Program-made: the position numbers and the translations under genes
Source of the DNA: Fibrobacter succinogenes subsp. succinogenes S85
Lineage (GTDB): Bacteria > Fibrobacterota > Fibrobacteria > Fibrobacterales > Fibrobacteraceae
Assembly (NCBI RefSeq): GCF_000146505.1
Contig: NC_017448.1
Coordinates: 1,050,001 to 1,082,000 of the forward strand
Length of the DNA stretch: 32,000 bases
Direction of reading: 5' to 3'
Shown here: positions 24,200 to 32,000 of the stretch, one piece after another
How the letters are laid out: the number at the start of each line of letters is the position of its first letter
Position numbering within the stretch: position 1 is the stretch's first letter
Notes under the pieces: model-generated
What the model was told of the DNA's origin: nothing
Databases searched by the model: none
The model's input: only the letters and a program-made list of their open reading frames with translations

Positions 24200-25090
24200 T
24201 TATAATTTCACCCATTCATTACCCGTTTTAAGATTCGGGCAATTATCAGACAAATCCACATCAACTTTTATATGTTCCGTTTCGGCATGGCTATTGAGTT
24301 CGCCACAATAGTAGAACAGGAACCTGGACATTTGAGTCAAAGACAGCGCCTTACATTCTCCCGCCGGAATATCAATCACCTTGATGGTATTCTCGGTAAT
24401 TTCAGCAACGATATAGGCTGCAGTCAATCCATCGCTATACACATTGAACGTATAAAGTCCACAATTTTCGTCCAAAGTTTCGTTCTTTATCGCACTGATG
24501 ATTTGAGGATACATCGAAAACGCCATTGGGAAATATTCTTGCAGCAATTCGACATTCTGCTTTACAATCTTATGCGGCCAAGGCGTATCAAATTCGGTCG
24601 CCATCGGCGGATTCGGATTTTGCGGATCGCCATCCGTATTTAGATCAATCGCTGTCGCCATGACGCCACTGTCAAACGAGTCAGATGCTTGATTGAGCAA
24701 TTTCAAATAATAATCCAACGAAATATCTGGCTTTGCCGTACCTTCATTTGGTTTTTCGGAACTGCTAGAATTATTATTCACATCAACACCCGTAGAAGAA
24801 CTTGTGGCTCCCGGAAGCGAGCTATTCGAGGACTCCATATAAGAGCTGCTGGACGATTTTACAGAACTACTAGAAATTGTGCGCGAACTGCTGGATACGG
24901 CCTTCGAACTGCTAGACGATTTTGCAGAAGAACTCGACGATTCCTCTTCGGAGCTCGACGAAACTTTATAGGCAAATTCATTTGTCTCTTCGGACGTACC
25001 TGCAATTTTATCCGAAGAACACCCCGCAAAGAAGCTCAGCGAAAAGATTACCGTGAGCGTTATAAGTTCATACAAACTACACTTCTTCAT
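24200..25090 (-). CDS. Lipoprotein with long poly-Ser linker (296 aa)
   Basis: Lipobox LSFFAGC|SSD. Linker SSSSEEESSSSSAKSSSSSKAVSSSSRTISSSSVKSSSSS. The C-terminal domain of ~170 aa is unassigned. Its start overlaps the upstream gene by 14 nt. Confidence 0.8.
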   Translation of the reverse strand: MKKCSLYELITLTVIFSLSFFAGCSSDKIAGTSEETNEFAYKVSSSSEEESSSSSAKSSSSSKAVSSSSRTISSSSVKSSSSSYMESSNSSLPGATSSSTGVDVNNNSSSSEKPNEGTAKPDISLDYYLKLLNQASDSFDSGVMATAIDLNTDGDPQNPNPPMATEFDTPWPHKIVKQNVELLQEYFPMAFSMYPQIISAIKNETLDENCGLYTFNVYSDGLTAAYIVAEITENTIKVIDIPAGECKALSLTQMSRFLFYYCGELNSHAETEHIKVDVDLSDNCPNLKTGNEWVKL

Positions 25091-25910
25091 TTTCGTTCTC
25101 CTTCACGTTTTTCGTCAGGGGGAATAACTGCAAATTCAAGCGATAAACTTGTTCAATATTCTTTTCTTCGGCGGCGATGGCAATAATCTGGCGACGGCAT
25201 TCATTCAGCACACATTCAATCTTGTGGAACGACTCGCGCGAAAGCCCCATGGTCACTCCACTAAAATTACGAATTTCCTTGGGGAGTTCAAGCGCCGATG
25301 TCGCAAGTCTGGACATCTGGCGGTGCATATTTCTCATGGCAAGTCGCGTTGCATCCGTCGTCCCCCTAATCGAAGTTTCGGACTGGACAAAATTGTCTTC
25401 GTCTTTTTTCAGGAGTCCCGATTTCGTGAGGAAATCGAGGGAATCGCGAACTTCCGCAGCAGAAATCTGCGGGTAGCACATTTTTGCCATTTCGCCCGGA
25501 GTGGCGCCCGGCATAATCGGGGCAAGTTCCCTGACAACCGAGTTGTGCCAAGTATCGTAGTACTTGAAAAACTCGCCTTCAATCGTACGGACTTTGTACG
25601 TCTTTGCGATGGAAAGCATTTCTTCGTAGGCGGCTTTTTTACTTTCTTCTGTTTCCGCCTGGCCGAACTTGACCATCGCCCTGAAATAATCCATCTCGAA
25701 ACCAGCAAGTCCCATGGCGGCACCCGTGCGTTCTACACCGATACGGCTCAACTTGCTTTTACCGTCGCAAACGACCTTCATGTACGAGGGTGAACTGAAT
25801 CCTGCGTTCTTGGAGAATTCTCTCCAGGAGAACGCGGAACAGCGCTTGCGTTCCTCGTAGTAATCACGCATGAACATGCGGAAATCGGTATATTCGACGA
25901 TCGGTTTCAT
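25077..25910 (-). CDS. TIGR02147-like (DUF4423-type) protein, putative HTH regulator
   Basis: MKPIVEYTDFRMFMRDYYEERKRCSAFSWREFSKNAGFSSPSYMKVVCDGKSKLS is the characteristic N-terminus of the TIGR02147 paralogous family described from Fibrobacter succinogenes. This is from my recollection and was not searched. ATG 25910 is preferred over 25946. Confidence 0.75.
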   Translation of the reverse strand: MKPIVEYTDFRMFMRDYYEERKRCSAFSWREFSKNAGFSSPSYMKVVCDGKSKLSRIGVERTGAAMGLAGFEMDYFRAMVKFGQAETEESKKAAYEEMLSIAKTYKVRTIEGEFFKYYDTWHNSVVRELAPIMPGATPGEMAKMCYPQISAAEVRDSLDFLTKSGLLKKDEDNFVQSETSIRGTTDATRLAMRNMHRQMSRLATSALELPKEIRNFSGVTMGLSRESFHKIECVLNECRRQIIAIAAEEKNIEQVYRLNLQLFPLTKNVKENENEEV

Positions 25911-26009
25911 ATTAAAAAATATAAAACCGTATTTTTCAAAAATCAAGTCTTTTTATGCTACAAAATTAAAGATTTTTGCAAAATTTAAGCATTTTTCTAA
26001 AAATTTCGC

Positions 26010-26045
26010 ACAAAAATTTTGCATATACTACATCGTGTAGCATAT
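26010..26045 (-). terminator. Possible terminator of the racemase gene (AT-rich hairpin)
   Basis: atatactaca-tcg-tgtagcatat (10 bp, one mismatch) at 26023-26045. On the minus strand it is followed by gcaaaattttt. Confidence 0.4.
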
Positions 26046-26052
26046 AGAACAA

Positions 26053-26742
26053 TCAACCCAGCGATTGGCGGGCGGCTTCTTTGGCATGGATGATGGTCGT
26101 ATCGTACACAGGGAGCACGCTATCTTCTGCGGAGATGAGCATGCCGATTTCCGTACAACCAAGAATCACGCATTCAGCACCACGTTCCTTCAAGCTTTCA
26201 ATGATGCGCTGGTATTCTGCACGCGATGCATCAAGAACCTTGCCCAAGCAGAGTTCATTGAAAATCACGTTGTTCACAATCTCAATGTCCGGAGCGTCCG
26301 GCACAATCACTTCAAGGCCAGCTCCCTTGAGGCGGTCCTTGATAAAGTCTTGCGTCATCGTGAATTTGGTACCGAGCAGCGCAACTTTCGTAAAGCCATC
26401 GCGAATAACGCTTGTTGCAGCCGCATCGGCAATGTGCAGAATCGGGATATGAATTTCACGTTCGATTTGCGGGACAAGCTTGTGCATCGTATTCGTTGCA
26501 ATCACGATAAAGTCCGCACCCGCACATTCAAGGCGCTTTGCCGCATCCGCGAGAATCGCCGCATTGCCATCCCAATTGCCATTGGACATGTTCGCTTCGA
26601 GTTCTGCAAAATCGACACTGTTCATCAAGATTTTTGCGCTGTGGAAACCGCCCAATGCGCTCACAATTTCTTTATTCAAAATTTCATAGTACGTGATTGT
26701 ACTTTCCCAGCTCATGCCGCCAATCAAACCAACCGTCTTCAT
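26053..26742 (-). CDS. Aspartate/glutamate racemase family protein
   Basis: MKTVGLIGGMSWESTITYYEILN ... IVIATNTMH ... VILGCTEIGMLI contains both catalytic-Cys/Thr region motifs of the Asp/Glu racemase family. Strong SD ggagaaatttATG supports the start at 26742. Confidence 0.88.
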   Translation of the reverse strand: MKTVGLIGGMSWESTITYYEILNKEIVSALGGFHSAKILMNSVDFAELEANMSNGNWDGNAAILADAAKRLECAGADFIVIATNTMHKLVPQIEREIHIPILHIADAAATSVIRDGFTKVALLGTKFTMTQDFIKDRLKGAGLEVIVPDAPDIEIVNNVIFNELCLGKVLDASRAEYQRIIESLKERGAECVILGCTEIGMLISAEDSVLPVYDTTIIHAKEAARQSLG

Positions 26743-26866
26743 AAATTTCTCCGTTAGCATTCATTAAAGGCTAATATTCATTAGCCAACTACACCGCAAT
26801 AATAGCTAAAATAAACCGAGCCTTCATTCGAGGTCCGGGCTACTTACAAAAAGTTTTTTCAAAAAA

Positions 26867-27010
26867 TTAAGGAAGAGTGGCTATTTCGCGATCTAAAGAC
26901 TTAAATACGTCTTTCTGCGAAATCACTTTGCCCATGGCCATATCTCGGCCATTTTGAGCGAGCAACTTGATAAGCTTCAATCGTTCACGCGCAACCTGAA
27001 TTGCGTCCAT
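26867..27010 (-). CDS. Candidate 47-aa protein with strong SD
   Basis: Below the track cutoff. ggaggaaatacacATG, then MDAIQVARERLKLIKLLAQNGRDMAMGKVISQKDVFKSLDREIATLP. Confidence 0.35.
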   Translation of the reverse strand: MDAIQVARERLKLIKLLAQNGRDMAMGKVISQKDVFKSLDREIATLP

Positions 27011-27258
27011 GTGTATTTCCTCCTGGAATCATTCTATTGTCTTTAAATATAAAATAATTAGAAATTACCATTCCTTGTGGCGATGTCCGTTTTTTAGGAA
27101 AAACACCTTTTTATCCGTTTAATCAACTGCCTTAATGTGCAGTATTCAAAATTTTTATATATTTGCTGGACGATCATAGCAATCGCATTAAGCCCACTTT
27201 AATTTTGGCGAGAACATCGTTTGCTATATATGGAATTGAATTTTAAAGAGATTGATTA

Positions 27259-29103
27259 ATGGCAGCTACGAAATATACAGAAGACAGCATCAAATCCCTA
27301 GAGTGGCATGAACACATCCGTCTGCGCCCCGGTATGTACATCGGTAAGCTTGGCGACGGACAAAGCCCGGACGACGGCATTTACGTGCTCGTCAAGGAAA
27401 TTATCGACAACTCCATCGACGAATTCGTGATGGGTGCCGGCAAGAAGATTGAAATCAACATTGACGACCATGCGGCTCGCGTGCGCGACTACGGGCGCGG
27501 CATTCCCCTCGGCAAGGTCATCGACTGCGTATCGAAGATCAACACGGGTGGTAAGTACGATTCCGAAGCGTTCCAGAAATCCGTCGGTTTGAACGGCGTG
27601 GGTACAAAGGCTGTGAACGCTCTTTCTACCAAATTCATTGTTAAAAGCTACCGCGATGGCCGCATGAAGCAGGCCGAATTCAGCCGCGGCGTGCTCGTAC
27701 AAGACTATAAGGAATGCGCCACAAACGAAAAGAATGGTACCGAAATTTACTTTGAACCGGATGCCGACATTTTCAAGAACTACCGCTTCCTCCCGGCCTA
27801 CATGGAAGAGAAGGTCTGGAACTACGCTTACTTGAACAACGGCCTCCAGCTCGTGATGAACGACAAGGTCTACACGAGCCCAAACGGCCTTTTGGACCTT
27901 TTAAACAAACACGTGGACGATTCCATCCGCTACCCGGTAATCCACTTCAAGGGCAAGGATATCGAATGCGCCTTCACGCACGGAAACCAGTACGGCGAAC
28001 ATTACTACAGCTTTGTGAATGGCCAGCACACCACGCAGGGCGGTACACACCAGCAGGCTTTCCGCGAAGGTCTTGTCAAAGGCGCCCGCGACCACTTCAA
28101 GAAGGACTTGGACCCACAGGATGTGCGCAACTGCGTCATTGGCGCCATTTCCGTGCGCATCCAGGAACCGGTTTTCGAGTCCCAGACAAAGACAAAGCTC
28201 GGCTCGACGACGGTCGCTCCGGGTGGCGCCCAGCTGCGCTCCTGGGTTGTGGATTATGTGGCAAGCGAATTTGACAACTTCTTGCACAAGAATCCCGAAA
28301 CCGAAAAGGCGCTCCTCAACCGCATCACGCAGAACGAACGTGAACGCAAGGAAATCGCAGGCATCAAGAAGCTCGCGAACGAACGCGCCAAGAAGGCAAA
28401 CTTGCACAACCGCAAGCTTCGCGACTGCAAGATCCACCTTACCGACGTGAAAAACGCGCTCAACCGCGAATCGATGATTTTCATTACAGAAGGTGACTCC
28501 GCATCCGGCTCTATCACCAAGGCTCGTAACGTGCAGACGCAAGCCGTGTTCAGCTTGCGCGGTAAGCCGCTCAACAGCTTTGGCATGACCAAGAAGGTCG
28601 TGTACGAAAACGAAGAATTCAACTTGTTGCAGCATGCGCTCGACATCGAAAACGGTCTCGAGAACTTGCGTTACGACAAAGTGATTATCGCGACCGATGC
28701 TGATGTGGACGGTATGCACATTCGCCTTTTGCTGATGACGTTCTTCTTGCAGTTCTTCCCGGAACTTGTGGAACAGAAGCACTTGTACATCTTGCAGACG
28801 CCGCTTTTCCGCGTGCGCAACAAGCAGGTGACCAAGTACTGCTACGATGAAGCAGAACGCGACAAGGCCGCCAAAGAAATCGGCAAGACCGGTCTTGAGA
28901 TTACTCGATTCAAAGGTCTTGGCGAAATCAGCCCGGAAGAATTCGGACAGTTCATCAACGAGGACATGCGCCTCGAGACGGTGAGCATTCCGCCTGACGC
29001 TTCGCTCGGCAAGATGCTGGAATACTACATGGGCAACAACACGCCCATGCGCCAGGAACACATCGTGCTGAACCTGAGAGCAGAAGCTGTGGAAGAATTG
29101 TAG
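27259..29103 (+). CDS. parE: Type IIA topoisomerase B subunit, short ParE-type (topoisomerase IV subunit B)
   Basis: [40 protein letters not shown] (GHKL ATPase), TEGDSASG and [12 protein letters not shown] (TOPRIM). At 614 aa it lacks the GyrB insert, as in FCB-group ParE. Confidence 0.88.
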   Translation: MAATKYTEDSIKSLEWHEHIRLRPGMYIGKLGDGQSPDDGIYVLVKEIIDNSIDEFVMGAGKKIEINIDDHAARVRDYGRGIPLGKVIDCVSKINTGGKYDSEAFQKSVGLNGVGTKAVNALSTKFIVKSYRDGRMKQAEFSRGVLVQDYKECATNEKNGTEIYFEPDADIFKNYRFLPAYMEEKVWNYAYLNNGLQLVMNDKVYTSPNGLLDLLNKHVDDSIRYPVIHFKGKDIECAFTHGNQYGEHYYSFVNGQHTTQGGTHQQAFREGLVKGARDHFKKDLDPQDVRNCVIGAISVRIQEPVFESQTKTKLGSTTVAPGGAQLRSWVVDYVASEFDNFLHKNPETEKALLNRITQNERERKEIAGIKKLANERAKKANLHNRKLRDCKIHLTDVKNALNRESMIFITEGDSASGSITKARNVQTQAVFSLRGKPLNSFGMTKKVVYENEEFNLLQHALDIENGLENLRYDKVIIATDADVDGMHIRLLLMTFFLQFFPELVEQKHLYILQTPLFRVRNKQVTKYCYDEAERDKAAKEIGKTGLEITRFKGLGEISPEEFGQFINEDMRLETVSIPPDASLGKMLEYYMGNNTPMRQEHIVLNLRAEAVEEL

Positions 29104-29181
29104 TTGATTCAGTAGACAGTACAAAGGAGGCGGTTGGAAGGACGCAGTTGCAGCTTACCACCGCCATCCTAACGAGAAACG

Positions 29182-29210
29182 AAAAAATCCCGCTTGAAGC
29201 GGGATTTTTT
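29182..29210. terminator. Bidirectional intrinsic terminator between parE and the CNNM gene
   Basis: aaaaaatcccgc-ttgaa-gcgggatttttt, a perfect 12-bp palindromic stem including the A/T runs. Confidence 0.8.
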
Positions 29211-29240
29211 GCATTGTCATTGTCGCGGGAATCGCGAGAC

Positions 29241-30566
29241 TTACACCTTATGGAGAGTCTGCGTCTTGGGGCCTTTCACGCCGGCAGGGAGGATCATCAT
29301 GACCTTTTCCATGCGGGTGCCGTCCATGCGCAGAACGCGGAACGTGTAACCCTGAATCTTGACTTCGGCGCCCGGTGACGGGATGATGCCAAGCGTTGCC
29401 TGGATGAGTCCGGAGAGCGTTTCCACGTGGGAATTCTCAGGTGGCTTGAGTTCCACATCAAGCTCGTATTCCAAATCCGAAAGAGTCATTAACGGGTCGA
29501 GGATGTAGCGTCCGTCCTTCAACTTCTGCACGTCCTCGTCTTCGTCCATGTCGTCTTCGTCGCGAATTTCACCGACGATTTCTTCGAGAATATCTTCAAG
29601 CGTCACAAGTCCAGCCGTACCGCCGTATTCGTCCACGACAATCGCAAGCTGGTTACCCGTCTTGCGGAGTTCCGTCAAAAGATCATCAATCTTCTTGTGG
29701 TACGGCACGTAGACCGGCGGCATCACAAGCTTCATCAAGTCAAACGGTTCTTCGTGATGTTCCGTGTACCATTCCAAGAAGTCGCGGTTCGAAAGGATTC
29801 CGACAATGTTGTCGACCGTTTCCTTGTACACCGGCAAACGCGAATGGCGTTCGTTGTTCAAAACCTTCACCAAGTCCTCAAGCGACGTGTCCACATCAAT
29901 CGCGCACATGTCCACACGCGGCGTCATGATTTCGCGCACCGGCGTTTCCACGAAGTCGAAGATGTTGAGGATCATCTGGCGTTCTTCTTTTTCGAGGCCC
30001 TCGCCTTCAGAGAGCGAAGAATCCGAAAGGTCCGCCTGCACAGCATCGCGGCGTTCTTCGGGCAAGAAGCTGAGCTTAGCGTCGTAACCCAAGGCGTTCA
30101 GCAACTTGAGGTAAATGGTATGGCAAACGCGTCCCACCGGCACAAACGGCATACGGATGAGCCTGTACAGCGGCACGAGCACCACGGATAAAGTATCCGG
30201 CTTCAAGTTGCCAATTAAGTTCGGGAAAAAGATGGTCACGATATAAATCACGGCACAAGCGCAAAGCATGTACGCCATGATACCGAGCAGCCAAAAATCG
30301 TGCGTCCACTGCCACGGGGCATTCGAGAACAGATAAAATCCAAACACGCCAATGCCCACGTCCGAAAAGATTCGGCCGATGGAGACGGTTTCGTTGTAGC
30401 CGCGGTTTTCGACAATCTTTGCAATCTTCGCTTCGCGGTCCGTGCGGTCGTGGTCTTCACGCTTGGCATAGATGGCGGCAAAGACTGCCTTGATTAAAGT
30501 AAACGATGCCGAAACTAAAAGAAAGAAAACGAGAAGAACAATCGCAATGGTGTTCGTATCACCCAT
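29241..30566 (-). CDS. CNNM (DUF21)-CBS-CorC_HlyC family protein (hemolysin/Mg-Co efflux-like)
   Basis: N-terminal TM domain, a CBS pair (REIMTPRVDM...; ...AIVVDEYGGTAGLVTLEDILEEIVGEIRDE) and a CorC C-terminal domain. ATG 30566 overlaps the ybeY stop by 8 nt (ATGGGTGA). Confidence 0.9.
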   Translation of the reverse strand: MGDTNTIAIVLLVFFLLVSASFTLIKAVFAAIYAKREDHDRTDREAKIAKIVENRGYNETVSIGRIFSDVGIGVFGFYLFSNAPWQWTHDFWLLGIMAYMLCACAVIYIVTIFFPNLIGNLKPDTLSVVLVPLYRLIRMPFVPVGRVCHTIYLKLLNALGYDAKLSFLPEERRDAVQADLSDSSLSEGEGLEKEERQMILNIFDFVETPVREIMTPRVDMCAIDVDTSLEDLVKVLNNERHSRLPVYKETVDNIVGILSNRDFLEWYTEHHEEPFDLMKLVMPPVYVPYHKKIDDLLTELRKTGNQLAIVVDEYGGTAGLVTLEDILEEIVGEIRDEDDMDEDEDVQKLKDGRYILDPLMTLSDLEYELDVELKPPENSHVETLSGLIQATLGIIPSPGAEVKIQGYTFRVLRMDGTRMEKVMMILPAGVKGPKTQTLHKV

Positions 30567-31044
30567 TTTCCATGCTCTCCTTGTCCTTGTATGGATCCAG
30601 TCCCAAGAACTCACATTCGCGGGCGCGCATCACCTTGCGGTCGGCGGCCTTGATATGGTCGTACCCCGACAGGTGGAGCAGTCCGTGAACAATCACACGC
30701 TTCATCTCGGCAAAAAAGCTATTGCCGTACTGCGGGGCCTGGCGCTTGACCTGGTCCCTTGCGATGTAGATTTCGCCGAGCATTTCTTCTTCGCCCGGGA
30801 TTTCTTCGTGCCATTCGAACGAAAGCACGTCCGTCACCTTGTCGAGTCCGCGGTAGTTCTTGTTCATCTCGCGAACGAACTCGTCGGTGCAGAGCACGAT
30901 GTTGACGTTGTTCTCCGTGCCTTCTTCGGCAAGGAGCTTGCGGGCCATAGCTTCGAACTTATCCTTCCACGGGAAGGACTCGATATTCCCCTCGCACAGG
31001 AAATCGATAGTGTAGTCTTTCTTTTTACTAGCAGGGTCTGGCAT
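30559..31044 (-). CDS. ybeY: Endoribonuclease YbeY (rRNA maturation)
   Basis: HGLLHLSGYDH zinc-binding motif. 161 aa. Confidence 0.93.
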   Translation of the reverse strand: MPDPASKKKDYTIDFLCEGNIESFPWKDKFEAMARKLLAEEGTENNVNIVLCTDEFVREMNKNYRGLDKVTDVLSFEWHEEIPGEEEMLGEIYIARDQVKRQAPQYGNSFFAEMKRVIVHGLLHLSGYDHIKAADRKVMRARECEFLGLDPYKDKESMENG

Positions 31045-31334
31045 TAAATGTTATACCACTTTTTTAAGACGTTGATAATGGCTTCGGCTTGCGCCTTGCC
31101 TGTAATCTTGAACTTGCCTTGGGGCTTGAACGTGCCTTGCATCTTGCGGTAACGGCGCAGAGAGACCTTCGGTTCGCTGAACTCGCCCGTTTTCGGGTCA
31201 CGGTCCTGGTAGAAGAACATCACGGTCGGCCAGGCGCCCTTCGAAAGGACTTCCTTGCTCAATTCCTTGATGACGACTTCGCCGGTTTCTTCGTCAGTGT
31301 ATTCGACGGTCAAATCTTCGACTTCTGCACTCAT
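31044..31334 (-). CDS. Hypothetical 96-aa protein upstream of ybeY
   Basis: SD ggaggtaaaaATG. MSAEVEDLTVEYTDEETGEVVIKELSKEVLSKGAWPTVMFFYQDRDPKTGEF... Its stop overlaps the ybeY ATG by 1 nt (TAATG). Confidence 0.6.
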   Translation of the reverse strand: MSAEVEDLTVEYTDEETGEVVIKELSKEVLSKGAWPTVMFFYQDRDPKTGEFSEPKVSLRRYRKMQGTFKPQGKFKITGKAQAEAIINVLKKWYNI

Positions 31335-31395
31335 TTTTACCTCCAATGAAACACAAGTACGATACAATTATAACATTATTATGGAGCTTGTGGGT

Positions 31396-32000
31396 TCACA
31401 CTTCGTGGTGGTGATGCTCGCAGCAGCCACCGTGGGTATGGTCATGGCTCCCGAGAACGCGATGCGGTACCCCATGGGCAATCAAATCAACTTCGCAACC
31501 ATAAGTGCTATGGAGCATTTCTTCGGTCAGGTTCGCCCCTTCGTGGTAATGCACGGAATGGTTCACGCAAACGACGCTCTTCACCTTGTGCGAAAGCGCC
31601 ATCAAGTCGTGCGTCACAATCACAATCGTCATCGTTTCGCTAAATTCTGCAAGCATGCTGTAAAGCGCTTCAATCCCCGCGACGTCAATGTTATTGGACG
31701 GTTCATCCAAAAAGAGAATCTTCGGATTGCAGACAAGAGAACGTGCAATCAGCACGCGCTGGCGTTCACCGCCACTCAGTTCACCCAGACGACGGTCCAA
31801 AAAGGTGCCAATATGCACGCGTTCAAGCGCCGCCTTCACTTCATCCGACTTGGGAGAAAGCCCGGTCTTGCCAGTTGCAACGCACTCGCCCACCGTAATC
31901 GGGAAGTCGATATTCTTGTTCGTATTCTGCGGCACATAGCCGATAGCCACTTTCTTCGTCGGGACCTTTTCGCCAAACACGCGCACCGTTCCAGACGTCG
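31396..32000 (-). CDS. Metal (Zn/Mn-type) ABC transporter ATP-binding protein, N-terminus beyond right edge
   Basis: LSGGERQRVLIARSL (signature), ILFLDEPSNNID (Walker B), VTHD (H-loop). His/Cys-rich tail GSHDHTHGGCCEHHHHEV. Walker A is not in the window, so the M at 31986 is not the true start. Confidence 0.85.
   Translation of the reverse strand, partial: TSGTVRVFGEKVPTKKVAIGYVPQNTNKNIDFPITVGECVATGKTGLSPKSDEVKAALERVHIGTFLDRRLGELSGGERQRVLIARSLVCNPKILFLDEPSNNIDVAGIEALYSMLAEFSETMTIVIVTHDLMALSHKVKSVVCVNHSVHYHEGANLTEEMLHSTYGCEVDLIAHGVPHRVLGSHDHTHGGCCEHHHHEV

Noticed and set aside
26065-26757. 230-aa plus-strand ORF. Similar shadows lie at 25149-25793, 30472-31047 and 29697-30191.
   Set aside because: They are antisense to the racemase, the TIGR02147-like gene, ybeY and the CNNM gene respectively.
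27901-29124. 407-aa minus-strand ORF.
   Set aside because: It is antisense to parE, which has GHKL and TOPRIM motifs.
1-32000. Searched by eye for mobile elements, integrases, tRNA/rRNA genes, toxin-antitoxin pairs, restriction or other defence genes, and reverse transcriptases.
   Set aside because: None was recognised. No ORF has transposase, integrase, nuclease or RT motifs, and no cloverleaf-like segments were seen in the intergenic regions. Any novel system here is more likely envelope or secretion related than defence related.

Overview
Chromosomal window of about 50% GC judged by eye, with two visibly AT-richer islets. Gene content suggests a Fibrobacter-like (FCB superphylum) genome. 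That is an inference from a TIGR02147-like protein, poly-Ser-linker lipoproteins and a short ParE-type topoisomerase subunit. I support about 31 protein genes. Housekeeping genes are hrpA (partial), an acyl-CoA thioesterase, a MATE pump, dnaG, sufC plus a short sufD-like gene, a SulP permease, a GT2 processive synthase, an Asp/Glu racemase, parE, a CNNM/CorC protein, ybeY and a metal ABC ATPase (partial). No rRNA, tRNA, CRISPR array, transposase, integrase or recognisable defence gene was seen. The most unusual content is: (1) a five-gene minus-strand operon (16319-20926) with a secretin, two prepilin-leader proteins and two non-canonical membrane proteins, but no ATPase, platform or peptidase; (2) a near-consensus sigma-54 promoter driving a secreted Ala/Glu/Lys/Arg protein built from 87-bp tandem repeats; (3) a TIGR02147-like gene overlapping two lipoprotein genes, one very Cys-rich; (4) a family of heptamer-phased, G-poor repeats (CTCTCGT / YACYNNC) in intergenic DNA, also present as an in-frame insertion in hrpA; (5) a TusA-like / degenerate SGNH-like / Zn-ribbon trio upstream of the SulP permease. 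Many long ORFs in the supplied track are antisense shadows of real genes and are rejected. All family assignments come from motif reading only. No searches were run.
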